Shown here piece by piece: positions 44,154-53,420 of a stretch of DNA of 62,146 nucleotides. The notes below the pieces were generated by a model. That model was not told the origin of the DNA, made no database searches, and worked only from the letters and a program-made list of their open reading frames with translations. The translations under genes were made by a program, and so were the position numbers. The stretch comes from a virus. Lineage: Duplodnaviria; Caudoviricetes. The DNA lies in IMG/VR virus record IMGVR_UViG_3300047311_000415, positions 1-62,146 of that record; one strand, given 5' to 3'. Each line of letters starts with the position of its first letter. Positions within the stretch are counted from its first letter, which is position 1.

Positions 44154-46028
44154 ATGAATGTGAATCGTACCAAAGAGCTGGAAACCAAGATTTTCCAAGC
44201 CCGCAATGACTATTACAACGGTACTTCAACCGTTTCCGACAAAGCGTATGATGCCTGGGTCGATGAATTGCGTCTGTTGGACCCAACCAACAAAGCCGTT
44301 ACTGCTATTGGTGCTCCCGTTGTTCCATCTGAATGGACCAAAGCTAAGCATCAGATCCCGATGGGGTCTTTAGATAAGGTCAACATCCCTACCGAGCTGA
44401 CCAAGTGGGCCAACGATATGGCCGGCAAAGAGCACCTGTTCGTAACTGAGAAGCTGGACGGCTTGTCCATTGAGGTTATTTACGAGTATGGTAGTTTGGT
44501 TCAGGCCATTACCCGTGGTGATGGTGAGATTGGTGAGGACATTACGGTCAACGTTGCTAAGATGGGCGGCGTTCATTCGCACCTCAAGCACAAGTTCACT
44601 GGTTCTCTGCGTGGTGAAATCATCATGACCAAGAGTAACCACAAGCAATACTTTGCTGACAAGGCTAATCCTCGCAATGCTGCCTCTGGTACCTCCAAAC
44701 GTTTGGATGGTGTCGGGGTTGATAAGCTTAACATCATCTATTACCAAGTGCTGGGTGATGTAGATTTCAAAACGGAAGAGGCTCAGTTCCAATGGTTGCT
44801 CAAGCAGGATTTGGATACGCCTAACTTCTGGGTTTTCAAAACGGCTGCTGAAGTTAATGACCATTGGCGCACGTATCAGGATACTGACCGTGAAAAGCTG
44901 GACTACGACATTGACGGGTTGGTTATTCGACTCAACAATATGGATAAGCAGCTTGCCCTGGGCGATAAGGACCTCCGACCCAAGGGAGCCATTGCCTTCA
45001 AGTTCGACAATGAGGCTCGTGAGTCGGTTCTCCGAGACATCATTTGGCAGGTGGGTAACTCGGGCCGCCTGACCCCTGTGGCAACGGTTGACCCTGTAAC
45101 CCTAGTTGGGGCCACTGTGACCCGCGCAAGCCTCTATAACCTCGCCTACATCGAGGAATTGGGCTTGGACATTGGAGCTACGGTCCTGGTGGCTCGTGCC
45201 AATGACGTTATTCCTCGTATCGAAGAGGTAATCAAGGGTACCAAGAGCGTTGCCAAGCCTCCTAAGAAGTGTCCTGAGTGTGATGGTGCGGTCCGAATGG
45301 ATGGTGAGAACCTCGTTTGTACCAACACCGAGCACTGTCGAGCCCAGATCATTGGTCGAATCAAGAACTGGATCAAGGAATTGAACCTCCTGGAGTGGGG
45401 CGATACCCTAGTTGAGAAGCTTGTTGACGCTAAGAAGGTTAAGAACATTGCCGATCTCTACCTTCTCAAGGTGGATGACATCGCGAATCTGGATCGTCTT
45501 GGTGACAAAACGGCTAAGAAGGTCTTGGAAATCCTCTGGGCTAACAAAGAAGTGAACCTGGAAGTGTTCTTGGGGGCTCTTAGCATCCCAATGATTGGTC
45601 AAAGTACCATCAAGGCCATCATGAATGCTGGTTGCGATGACCTTACCAAGTTCGGACAGCTAGGGGCGGCTCAGTTTGAGCAGGTTCCTGGTGTTGGTCC
45701 GACCAAAGCCAAGTTCCTTGCTGATGGTTTGAAGCACAACCAGACGCTTATCACTACCTTGCTTGACAACGGAGTTGAGATTAAGGGAAAGATCATTGGC
45801 ACTATGACTGGCAAATCGGTCTGCTTCACTGGTTCTATGAAGAACAAGCGTCCAGTTTTGGAGAAGATGGCCGCTGAGCAAGGCGCAGATGTCAAAAATT
45901 CTGTTGGCAAAGGCTTGACCTACTTGGTTATTGCTGATCCATCCAGCACTTCGTCCAAAGCACAAGCTGCTCGTAAGCTAGGAACGAAACTTATCTCAGA
46001 AGAAGACTTCCTCGACTTGGTGAAGTAA
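44154..46028 (+). CDS. ligA: NAD-dependent DNA ligase
   Basis: YY..., EKLDG, TRGDG..GEDIT, RGE, NPRNAASG, DGLVI, AIAFKF, CPEC Zn finger, HhH repeats, C-terminal BRCT (FTG...SSKA.AA). Confidence 0.97.
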   Translation: MNVNRTKELETKIFQARNDYYNGTSTVSDKAYDAWVDELRLLDPTNKAVTAIGAPVVPSEWTKAKHQIPMGSLDKVNIPTELTKWANDMAGKEHLFVTEKLDGLSIEVIYEYGSLVQAITRGDGEIGEDITVNVAKMGGVHSHLKHKFTGSLRGEIIMTKSNHKQYFADKANPRNAASGTSKRLDGVGVDKLNIIYYQVLGDVDFKTEEAQFQWLLKQDLDTPNFWVFKTAAEVNDHWRTYQDTDREKLDYDIDGLVIRLNNMDKQLALGDKDLRPKGAIAFKFDNEARESVLRDIIWQVGNSGRLTPVATVDPVTLVGATVTRASLYNLAYIEELGLDIGATVLVARANDVIPRIEEVIKGTKSVAKPPKKCPECDGAVRMDGENLVCTNTEHCRAQIIGRIKNWIKELNLLEWGDTLVEKLVDAKKVKNIADLYLLKVDDIANLDRLGDKTAKKVLEILWANKEVNLEVFLGALSIPMIGQSTIKAIMNAGCDDLTKFGQLGAAQFEQVPGVGPTKAKFLADGLKHNQTLITTLLDNGVEIKGKIIGTMTGKSVCFTGSMKNKRPVLEKMAAEQGADVKNSVGKGLTYLVIADPSSTSSKAQAARKLGTKLISEEDFLDLVK

Positions 46029-46318
46029 TGTTTTTGTACAATAAATTCCCTATTTATACAAAGTTTATGTTCTTTCATCCCGATGGAGATGTAGGAAAAT
46101 CTTTCAACTTCTCTACTGACTTGAATAAGGTTGGTTTGGAGTGGGATGTAGCAATTCGAAATGGGACAGGAGTAGATGTAGTATCTGAGCCTGTCACAAT
46201 TAACCATGCCAAATATGGCGCGATTACTTTGATTAAGATCAAAGCTGATGTCGCCAATGACTATCATACTGTAATTAAGGAATTCTGGGTACCAACTAGT
46301 TGCATTATTGAGACATAA
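46028..46318 (+). CDS. hypothetical protein
   Basis: 96 aa ORF with TAATG coupling. Confidence 0.65.
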   Translation: MFLYNKFPIYTKFMFFHPDGDVGKSFNFSTDLNKVGLEWDVAIRNGTGVDVVSEPVTINHAKYGAITLIKIKADVANDYHTVIKEFWVPTSCIIET

Positions 46319-46322
46319 ATGC

Positions 46323-47129
46323 ATGAGAGACAAATACCTGTGGTTTACCGATACCCATTTAGATAAAGTGGGTCCGATTAGGTTGTTCAAATTCATTCGA
46401 CACCTTCTCAAAGAGAAGCCAAAAGGTATATTCCTGACTGGCGACATCTCTAATGGTTGGCTAACTATGTGGCATTTGCGAGTAATTGCCACTTTTGTCA
46501 AGTGTCCAATCTACTTTGTGCTCGGAAATCACGATTATCACTTCTCTTCTATTGAGAAAACGCACCAAAAGCTTCGTGAGCTATGTAAAGAGTTCCCGAA
46601 TCTCATCTGGATGACAGAGGCCGGTGTAGTTCACTTAGACGAAGAGGTGTGCCTTATCGGCACAGAAGGTTGGTATGATGCTGATAATGGTAAACCAGAG
46701 TATCTTCAGTTCACTCTTGATTGGTTTTTGACGGAAGATTTCCGAAAACTACCTAACATGCAGGCGAGAATTGAGCTTTGGCGTTCGATGGCAGACCAAA
46801 GCGCTAACGATATCGTTGATAAATTGGAGAAAGCCATCGAACAGGGATACAAAACCATCTATGTGCTGACACATTTCCCTCCTTGGAAGGAAGCAACTCG
46901 TGATGTCGGCACATTTTTGGAACAGTTTTGGCTTCCATATAACGTCAATTTGCGTATGGGCAGAGCAATCAAGCATGCCATGCATGACCATAAGAAGAAA
47001 CATGTCACAGTGTTAGCTGGTCATACCCACACGGACTGCTGGATTCACGTGGCTCGTAACGTAGATTGCAAAGTTAGTAAGGCAAAATACTATGGCGAAC
47101 TACGTAACGAAGAACATATTTTCATTTAA
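46323..47129 (+). CDS. calcineurin-like metallophosphoesterase 1
   Basis: TDTH, TGDIS, LGNHD, THFPP, AGHTH. Confidence 0.92.
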   Translation: MRDKYLWFTDTHLDKVGPIRLFKFIRHLLKEKPKGIFLTGDISNGWLTMWHLRVIATFVKCPIYFVLGNHDYHFSSIEKTHQKLRELCKEFPNLIWMTEAGVVHLDEEVCLIGTEGWYDADNGKPEYLQFTLDWFLTEDFRKLPNMQARIELWRSMADQSANDIVDKLEKAIEQGYKTIYVLTHFPPWKEATRDVGTFLEQFWLPYNVNLRMGRAIKHAMHDHKKKHVTVLAGHTHTDCWIHVARNVDCKVSKAKYYGELRNEEHIFI

Positions 47130-47376
47130 CGCTATCTGTTTGATATTGTTGTGCAGCGCTATTGCAATAGCATCACCACCGGGCTATTGTGTCCTGCCAC
47201 AAAAAGATGTGACGACTGAAATAGGCAAGATTGCTCGCAGTATGCTTGACAATCCTATGGGAAGTTGTACTCCATTCAGTATTAGCGGAACAAACTACCA
47301 AGGTTGTGTTGAATATCACTGGGATAAAGTGAGAGGCAAGCACACAGGTGTAACCGTTTACAGAGAGTGTAAGTAA
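47092..47376 (+). CDS. putative secreted Cys-containing protein
   Basis: Hydrophobic signal-like segment; several Cys residues. Confidence 0.6.
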   Translation: MANYVTKNIFSFNAICLILLCSAIAIASPPGYCVLPQKDVTTEIGKIARSMLDNPMGSCTPFSISGTNYQGCVEYHWDKVRGKHTGVTVYRECK

Positions 47377-47795
47377 TGGATGACGATCTGTTTGATGATG
47401 GAATCAATGGAGAAGGCTGGGAAAGTCAGTCCGAAGTTTGGGCAGATGATTACTACGAAGACGAAAATTACCGTGAGTCTTATGATATCCATATCGCAAA
47501 TGGATTAGAGATTCAAGGCTGGCCCACCTATGGTAATTGTACGATCGTTACTGATATGTTCCATATCTATTATTGGTTGGGCTCTAATTCATTAGAAATC
47601 TATGATAAAAGAATTCCTGATGAAAAGTTTGCCAACTGTCATAAGTGTGTTCTAACGATCAAAAACCAAGACCTGTATTTCTTTGGAGACAAAACTATTC
47701 AGCGTGAAGATGGTAAATGGGAAATAGCTTGGTATACTGGTGAGCAAGTAGATCAAAAAGTTCAACGTTATCTTAATTTGAAAGCGTTTGTATGA
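47376..47795 (+). CDS. hypothetical protein with acidic N-terminus and C-terminal tail motif (...RYLNLKAFV)
   Basis: 139 aa ORF with TAATG coupling. Confidence 0.8.
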   Translation: MDDDLFDDGINGEGWESQSEVWADDYYEDENYRESYDIHIANGLEIQGWPTYGNCTIVTDMFHIYYWLGSNSLEIYDKRIPDEKFANCHKCVLTIKNQDLYFFGDKTIQREDGKWEIAWYTGEQVDQKVQRYLNLKAFV

Positions 47796-48031
47796 TGTTA
47801 AAGATAGTTACTAACCATAATAAACAAGACGTTACCTATTCCTATACTGTCGGGCAGAATTTCCCAGACATTCAGGGTAAGTTGTTGCGAGTAGAGCTTA
47901 GCGGCAATGAGTTGGCCAAGCTTATTCAGGAAAAAGAAATTCCTATCTGTGCTATAGATACTTCGTACCTGATCTGGCAAGGAAAAAATGCCGGGCATGT
48001 ACTAAAAATGCTGCGTGAGATTCTATGCTAG
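47792..48031 (+). CDS. hypothetical protein
   Basis: 79 aa ORF. Confidence 0.65.
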   Translation: MMLKIVTNHNKQDVTYSYTVGQNFPDIQGKLLRVELSGNELAKLIQEKEIPICAIDTSYLIWQGKNAGHVLKMLREILC

Positions 48032-48333
48032 AAACAATCATCATACTATTTGCAATCTATGGTTTGGCTTTCCTAATTAAGGAGAGTGCCGGGCCGTTTG
48101 ATATCATGGATAAGACCCGTTCGTGGCTTATGAGAAATAAGTACGTCGGGGTCTTCTTCTTCAAATTGTTAGATTGTTACTTCTGTGTAGGTTGCCATTG
48201 TGGATGGATTGTTTATCTACTGAGCCACGAATCTTACAAGTGGCAATTTTTTGTATTGTGGACCCTTGCGGGCGGCTCCGTCAGCCTTATATTGAACGGG
48301 GTCACAGCGAAGCTAAATTCTTCGCACAGCTAA
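48025..48333 (+). CDS. membrane protein, DUF1360-like
   Basis: Hydrophobic helices; GPF...R...LLDCYFC.G motif. Confidence 0.7.
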   Translation: MLETIIILFAIYGLAFLIKESAGPFDIMDKTRSWLMRNKYVGVFFFKLLDCYFCVGCHCGWIVYLLSHESYKWQFFVLWTLAGGSVSLILNGVTAKLNSSHS

Positions 48334-48353
48334 TACTTTTTGTGCATAAGTAG

Positions 48354-48560
48354 GTGAAATACTTACTTTTGCTGTTGTTTCTATTGACCGGATGCGTCAA
48401 ATTCGACGGCCCGCTACCTTGGAAACAGCCAGATAACGCAACCATAAAATGCAACAGCGATACTTGCTGTTATCCTTCGTCTCCTGGTATTATGGAGTGC
48501 GTTCAAAGTACGCCTTATAATGGAACTGTAATAGTTTTTGTTAGGGTAATCGAAAACTAA
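48354..48560 (+). CDS. putative lipoprotein
   Basis: MKYLLLLLFLLTGC lipobox. Confidence 0.7.
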   Translation: MKYLLLLLFLLTGCVKFDGPLPWKQPDNATIKCNSDTCCYPSSPGIMECVQSTPYNGTVIVFVRVIEN

Positions 48561-48670
48561 TTTGTCGAGAAAAAGTTCGCTTTTCATCATTTACTATTGA
48601 GTTCGAAAGAACGTCCGATAATTTATCAAACTGACTAAAAATAGTCGTCTGAACTACGATAAGAGGAAAA

Positions 48671-50167
48671 ATGTCGCTACCCGTTATTAAGGATCAGTCT
48701 GTTATTGACAAGATCAAAGTTGTGGAATCTGTCAAGCGCTGGACACTGAACAAAACAGACTTGGGTGAAAACAACAACAAATTTTACAATCTTGAGATTG
48801 TTCAATCCTCAGACCAGAAGTTTTACCTGTATACGGTATATGGTCGAGTCGGCGCTAATGGTGCCAAGGAATATCGATCTACTTCTTCTCAGTCTGAAGC
48901 GGAGAAGGAAGCAGAGAGCATCATCAAGGCCAAAACCAAGAAAGGCTATGTCGAAGTCAAGCTCGCCAAGTCTGATGTTGGTTCTGAGATTGGTAAGACC
49001 AAGGTTGATGCAACGGTTACCGTTGAATCTCTCAAGAAAGCCGGTGTGAAGATCACTGAGGAGCCGCAAGCGGTTTCCAAGCTGCATACTGAAGTGCAGG
49101 ATCTTGTTCGCGTTTGGTTCGGTGCAACCCAAGAGTTCCTTGAGTTGAATCTTGACACCAAGAAGTGTCCGCTCGGTCAACTATCTCTTGATCAGATTGA
49201 TAAGGCGAAACAGATTCTTGAAGAGGCACGTACCCTTGTGGCTGATAAGAAGAAGAGTGTTGAGGAGCTGAACAAGCTAACCAACGCATACTACTCCAAC
49301 ATCCCCCACGTTCTTCCACGATTCCCGGACATCAACCTCTTGAGGTTCGATGATAACCCGAAGATTGATAAGGCGTTCGACATTCTTGACGTTTTTGCTG
49401 ATGCAAAGAACGTTCAGGCGGTTATTTCCAAGAAGAGCGCTGTCGATTCTCAGTATGCCACGTTGAATGCGGGTTTGGAATACGTTGATCCCAAGGATCC
49501 TACTTTCAAGTGGCTTGAGGCAATGGTTCTTGAGACTCGCGCCAGCAATCACTCTGGTTTGGGTAACCTGAAGATTCATAAGGTCTTCAAGCTCGCTCGT
49601 GCCAATGAAGACAAATACTTCATGGAAACGGCGGAAAAGATTGCCAAGGAGTGCGGCAAGTTCGTTCCTTCTCCAGTCTACTCCAATTTGGTCAAGAAGC
49701 GCCCGGATCTCTCCAAAGAGATGCAAGAGCTTTACCAAAAGGCCAATATTCTTCCTGGTTGGCACGGCACTCGTCGTGCAAACATGATTGGTATCACCAC
49801 CAAGGGACTTCTGATTCGTCCTTCTGGCGTCATCCATGCAGGATCTATGTATGGTGACGGTATCTACTGGGCTGTTCATAGCACCAAGTCCATCAACTAC
49901 TGTGACGTTCGTGGTTCTCACTGGGCTCAGGGTAACAACAAGACTGCGTATCTCTTCTTGGGAGACGTGGCCTTTGGTAACCAGGAGATGGCCGGTGGCT
50001 CTCGTATGTATACCAAGAAGAACATCTCACCGAACCACTCTGTGTGGGCAAAGTCTGGTGGTAACTCTGGATTGTACAATGACGAACTGATCACCTATAC
50101 TGCCTCTGGTCCTGGCCAGCAGCATGCTCTTCGCTACATTATCGAGTTTGAAACCCAGGCAAAGTAA
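48671..50167 (+). CDS. poly(ADP-ribose) polymerase: WGR + PARP regulatory + PARP catalytic domains
   Basis: NNNKFY...YGRVG...KKGY (WGR); PLGQLS.DQI...LTNAYYSNIPH (regulatory); WHGT, GSMYGDGIYWA, KSINY, NDELITY (H-Y-E triad). Confidence 0.93.
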   Translation: MSLPVIKDQSVIDKIKVVESVKRWTLNKTDLGENNNKFYNLEIVQSSDQKFYLYTVYGRVGANGAKEYRSTSSQSEAEKEAESIIKAKTKKGYVEVKLAKSDVGSEIGKTKVDATVTVESLKKAGVKITEEPQAVSKLHTEVQDLVRVWFGATQEFLELNLDTKKCPLGQLSLDQIDKAKQILEEARTLVADKKKSVEELNKLTNAYYSNIPHVLPRFPDINLLRFDDNPKIDKAFDILDVFADAKNVQAVISKKSAVDSQYATLNAGLEYVDPKDPTFKWLEAMVLETRASNHSGLGNLKIHKVFKLARANEDKYFMETAEKIAKECGKFVPSPVYSNLVKKRPDLSKEMQELYQKANILPGWHGTRRANMIGITTKGLLIRPSGVIHAGSMYGDGIYWAVHSTKSINYCDVRGSHWAQGNNKTAYLFLGDVAFGNQEMAGGSRMYTKKNISPNHSVWAKSGGNSGLYNDELITYTASGPGQQHALRYIIEFETQAK

Positions 50168-50409
50168 TGGAAGTCTTCGAACTTAAAAAAGTTATCCGGC
50201 CTAACCGGCATATGCCGACCGCTGTCCAGAAAGCCTTCTTTGAAGGAACGCGGTCATGGGAAATGGCTAACGATAGTTTCGTCGAATGGACAGTCGGCGA
50301 ATATGAAGATTGCGATGAAGAAGAAGATGCTCTTCTCAAAGAAGTTGACGATTGGGCGCTGAAGAATTTCACAAAAGGCGAATCAATCATTATCCTACAT
50401 TGGTGGTGA
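50167..50409 (+). CDS. hypothetical protein
   Basis: 80 aa, coupled to PARP; ends IIILHWW. Confidence 0.75.
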   Translation: MEVFELKKVIRPNRHMPTAVQKAFFEGTRSWEMANDSFVEWTVGEYEDCDEEEDALLKEVDDWALKNFTKGESIIILHWW

Positions 50410-50410
50410 A

Positions 50411-50569
50411 ATGTTTTACGTTGAATATGAAGTCAATGGGTTTGATGGCATTCAAAAGGCCGGCCCCTATTCTCAAAAAGAAGTTCAATATCAACGCGAT
50501 GATATTGCGGGATACGAAGGTGTCTGCAATGTCCGGGTTGTACCTGCTGAGACAAAAGAGGACGAATGA
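50411..50569 (+). CDS. 52 aa hypothetical protein
   Basis: MFYVEYEVNGFDG...; fills the gap with a GGTG SD and an ATGA overlap. Confidence 0.6.
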   Translation: MFYVEYEVNGFDGIQKAGPYSQKEVQYQRDDIAGYEGVCNVRVVPAETKEDE

Positions 50570-51045
50570 TTGAGATCGTAACGGGAGACCTCTTCGAAGC
50601 AACAGAGAAATATCTGTGCCATCAGTGTAATTGTGTAACCAATAAGGCTGCACATTTAGCCGCTGATATGTTCGAGAGGTTTCCTCATTCCGATATCTAC
50701 GCTCCACGAACCGAACCAGATGTGCCCGGACATATCATCGTTCGTGGTAATGGTACTGATCAACGATACGTGGTAGCGCTGCTTGGACAATACTATCCAG
50801 GCCGCTCTAAGTATCCAAAATCAACTTTAGACGGCATCCCGATTCGCGAGAAATACTTTCACCGCAGTCTGCTCCGCCTGGCCAAGGTGGAGGACCTAGA
50901 AAGTGTAGCATTCCCCTGGCGCATTGGCTGCGGGGCGGCAGGTGGGGATTGGGAGCATTACCTTGGAACTATCACCAATTTCGCCCAATACGTTGGGGAC
51001 AAGGGTGTCAAGGTTCGCATTTACCGCCGTGAAGGAGACGAGTGA
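50566..51045 (+). CDS. macrodomain protein (Poa1/TARG1/DarG-like)
   Basis: GDLF...HQCNCV, A......FP, SVAFP.RIGCG.AGGDW. Confidence 0.88.
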   Translation: MIEIVTGDLFEATEKYLCHQCNCVTNKAAHLAADMFERFPHSDIYAPRTEPDVPGHIIVRGNGTDQRYVVALLGQYYPGRSKYPKSTLDGIPIREKYFHRSLLRLAKVEDLESVAFPWRIGCGAAGGDWEHYLGTITNFAQYVGDKGVKVRIYRREGDE

Positions 51046-51242
51046 TGTCTGACAAAAAAGATTATCTATACTACGAATTCGAAGAGTTTAAGAAGCAAAT
51101 GGCTGAGGCCACCGCTCTTCTAAAGAAGATGAACGAAGCTGCTAACTATATGCGCTGGCAGTACGAAATGGATGAAACCATGAAAGAGTTCGAGCGAGAA
51201 GTATCTGATGCAAGTGGCTGGCTATCAAGCTGGTGTGGGTGA
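51042..51242 (+). CDS. hypothetical protein
   Basis: 66 aa helical ORF ending W.SSWCG. Confidence 0.7.
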   Translation: MMSDKKDYLYYEFEEFKKQMAEATALLKKMNEAANYMRWQYEMDETMKEFEREVSDASGWLSSWCG

Positions 51243-51249
51243 GGGATAA

Positions 51250-51681
51250 ATGGCAATTAAGTTTTACAAGACCAGAGACCCTTATGGGTTTATGAGCAAC
51301 TACTATAAGAGTAGGTTTTTTGTTTTCGGACGTTGGTGGACCTGGAGTGAAGCTCCTTACCAAGCGGCTAAGACCAGTGTTGAATCCGAAATTGATGAGA
51401 TTCATTCGGCAACCAAAGCCAATGACACTAGACTTCTCGGTCAGAAAGTGACCATGCGTTCCGATTGGGATGAAGTCAAGTATGAGGCAATGAAGGTTGT
51501 CTTGACGGCCAAGTTCCTACAGCATCATGATCTGCGTAAGCAGCTTATGGATACTGGCACTGAGGAACTTATCGAAGACTCTCCAGTTGACTATTACTGG
51601 GGTTGCGGAGCTGATGGTTCTGGCAAAAACATGCTGGGCAAGCTCCTCATGGAACTTCGAGAGGAGTTGAAAGGTGAGTAA
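51250..51681 (+). CDS. NADAR (YbiA-like) family protein
   Basis: YGFMSNY, SEA.YQA.K, R.DWD.VK, KF.QH, L..TG..ELIE.SP.D.YWG, GKNMLGKLLME.R. Confidence 0.93.
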   Translation: MAIKFYKTRDPYGFMSNYYKSRFFVFGRWWTWSEAPYQAAKTSVESEIDEIHSATKANDTRLLGQKVTMRSDWDEVKYEAMKVVLTAKFLQHHDLRKQLMDTGTEELIEDSPVDYYWGCGADGSGKNMLGKLLMELREELKGE

Positions 51682-52018
51682 GAAACCTTTAGTCATTTGG
51701 TTTGAATCAAATGGCGATATGTCAGATCAGTCTGTTGTGAGTCACTTGGCGCCACAATACGGTTACAAGTCTGAAGAGGCTAAAGATTTTGATGACCAGA
51801 TGGAATACATCGGGATTCAAGAGTTTCGTAAAAGAGCTGGACGAGTTTACTTTAAGTCAACAACTAATGGCCGAAAGTACACCATGTACCTTGATGATTT
51901 CCACATGCTCATCAAAGCGGGGAAGTTCAACCACAATCAAGTTGAAGGAACTTTCCACTTCATAAAGAAGAGTTCCGGTCAAGCAGTTCAATTGGTTTTA
52001 CCAAAGGTTAATCCATGA
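51674..52018 (+). CDS. hypothetical protein, paralog A
   Basis: YFKS...GRKY.M.L.DFH...EG.F.F.KK shared with the next ORF. Confidence 0.8.
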   Translation: MSKKPLVIWFESNGDMSDQSVVSHLAPQYGYKSEEAKDFDDQMEYIGIQEFRKRAGRVYFKSTTNGRKYTMYLDDFHMLIKAGKFNHNQVEGTFHFIKKSSGQAVQLVLPKVNP

Positions 52019-52344
52019 GTAAAAATAAGGGTATTTTCAAAGTCTATTTCGATCTCCAAGGCAACTTGCTTCATCGAGTGTATGGCTGGCAAATCAATCA
52101 GGGTAACTTCAAGGAAGAAGATAACCACGTCTTTTCCGATAAAATGGAGTACGATGATTATGGCGGTTCCCACATTTACTTCAAGTCAGTAGTAACTGGT
52201 AGAAAGTATCACATGTTTCTTTCTGATTTTCATGCTATGATGAAGATGAAAAAGATGCAAGACAATATCATCGAAGGCGAATTTACCTTTACCAAAAAGG
52301 GGCGGGTGTTAGGCTTCAAGATGATTCTTCCGCCCAAGCCCTAA
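52015..52344 (+). CDS. hypothetical protein, paralog B
   Basis: Tandem paralog of 51674..52018. Confidence 0.8.
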   Translation: MSKNKGIFKVYFDLQGNLLHRVYGWQINQGNFKEEDNHVFSDKMEYDDYGGSHIYFKSVVTGRKYHMFLSDFHAMMKMKKMQDNIIEGEFTFTKKGRVLGFKMILPPKP

Positions 52345-52357
52345 TTTCACGAGGGCC

Positions 52358-52385
52358 TTGACTCTAATTTTTCAAAATATAGGTT
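52358..52385 (+). promoter_or_regulatory. sigma70-like promoter, probably leaderless
   Basis: TTGACT-N16-TAGGTT; ATG 7 nt downstream. Confidence 0.6.
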
Positions 52386-52392
52386 ACGTGTG

Positions 52393-52890
52393 ATGCCAGC
52401 TTATAGTAAATCGTCCCCCGAGTATCTGTTCCAAAAGAAAACAGGTTTGACTCTCGGCAAGTTATTGAAAAACGGTAACGGCAAAGTCTACAGCCTCAAA
52501 GACTATCCTAATCGGGTAGCAAAAATTGATGGCACTCTTGACGCAGATGACCGCCAACATTTGATGAAAATCATCAAGTATTTGAAGAGGAGTAAGAATT
52601 CGGTTGTAGTCAAACTCTATCAAACCGGCATTCTTAGGGGCGGGTATCATTACTATGTAATGGATAAGCTTAAGCCTCTCAAAGATAAGTGGAATACTGG
52701 AGACCGCCTTACTCTCTTTATCTATGAAGAGGGCGCTCCAGCAACCGCGACAAAACAAGTAAAAGACTTTGTCAAAGGCACTATCAAACTCAATAATCGT
52801 TATCACTATGGCGATTTACATGGCGGCAATATGATGTTGGACAAAGATGGCGCCATCAAACTCGTGGATTTAGAATCATTTACCTACTAA
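52393..52890 (+). CDS. minimal protein kinase-like (PKL fold) protein
   Basis: G.GKVY, RVAKI, YVMDKL, GDLHGGNMM, KLVD. Confidence 0.8.
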   Translation: MPAYSKSSPEYLFQKKTGLTLGKLLKNGNGKVYSLKDYPNRVAKIDGTLDADDRQHLMKIIKYLKRSKNSVVVKLYQTGILRGGYHYYVMDKLKPLKDKWNTGDRLTLFIYEEGAPATATKQVKDFVKGTIKLNNRYHYGDLHGGNMMLDKDGAIKLVDLESFTY

Positions 52891-52902
52891 GGAGAAACAG
52901 CA

Positions 52903-53418
52903 ATGTCTAATTTGGAAGATACAGTTCGTTCAGTTGTGCAGGATTTCATCAGTCGTGATGTGCTCTTCACGGCATTGGATGTCAGCAATTCGGTTAAGAG
53001 CGCTTTGCCGAACACCAGGCATCGTGAAGTTAGAGATGTGGTTCGAACCATGTTCTCTTCGGATATCGAGTCTCAGGGCTGGGCACGCACGCCCATTACT
53101 GTCACCTTGGGTGATGGTACTACGGCAGAAGCTTTGCTGTATCATCCCTTGACTGACTCATGGGATCTGGACAACAAGTACAACACTCAACAGCGTGCTG
53201 CTACTTCGGTCCGTCTGCATCAGTCTCCTCAAATGGCAGCCGTTGGCGCACCCGCTATTGCGGTGCCAGCTTCTTTGCCAATTCCTGTAACTGCAACCCC
53301 TATGCCGAAGATTGTTCCTTCTGCTCCGGTTCCTGCCCCCACTGCTCCATTGCCTACGGCTCGTAGCCTTTGGGACCAGATGTTTCAGGTCCAGCCTTCG
53401 CTATTCCCTCGTAAGTAA
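52903..53418 (+). CDS. hypothetical protein with Pro/Ala-rich C-terminal region
   Basis: AAGGAG SD; FTALDVS motif. Confidence 0.8.
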   Translation: MSNLEDTVRSVVQDFISRDVLFTALDVSNSVKSALPNTRHREVRDVVRTMFSSDIESQGWARTPITVTLGDGTTAEALLYHPLTDSWDLDNKYNTQQRAATSVRLHQSPQMAAVGAPAIAVPASLPIPVTATPMPKIVPSAPVPAPTAPLPTARSLWDQMFQVQPSLFPRK

Positions 53419-53420
53419 TT

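Noticed and set aside
46323-47129. Metallophosphoesterase (ends EEHIFI) and the His-rich protein at 26630 (ends WIVFY) as members of the C-terminal Phe-tail family
   Set aside because: They have a penultimate Phe but lack the preceding basic helix; the residues look like terminal beta-strands of their folds.
44370-49921. Long antisense ORFs inside ligA and PARP (for example 44370..44864, 45920..46501, 49277..49921)
   Set aside because: These are shadow frames of well-supported plus-strand genes and contain no recognisable motifs.
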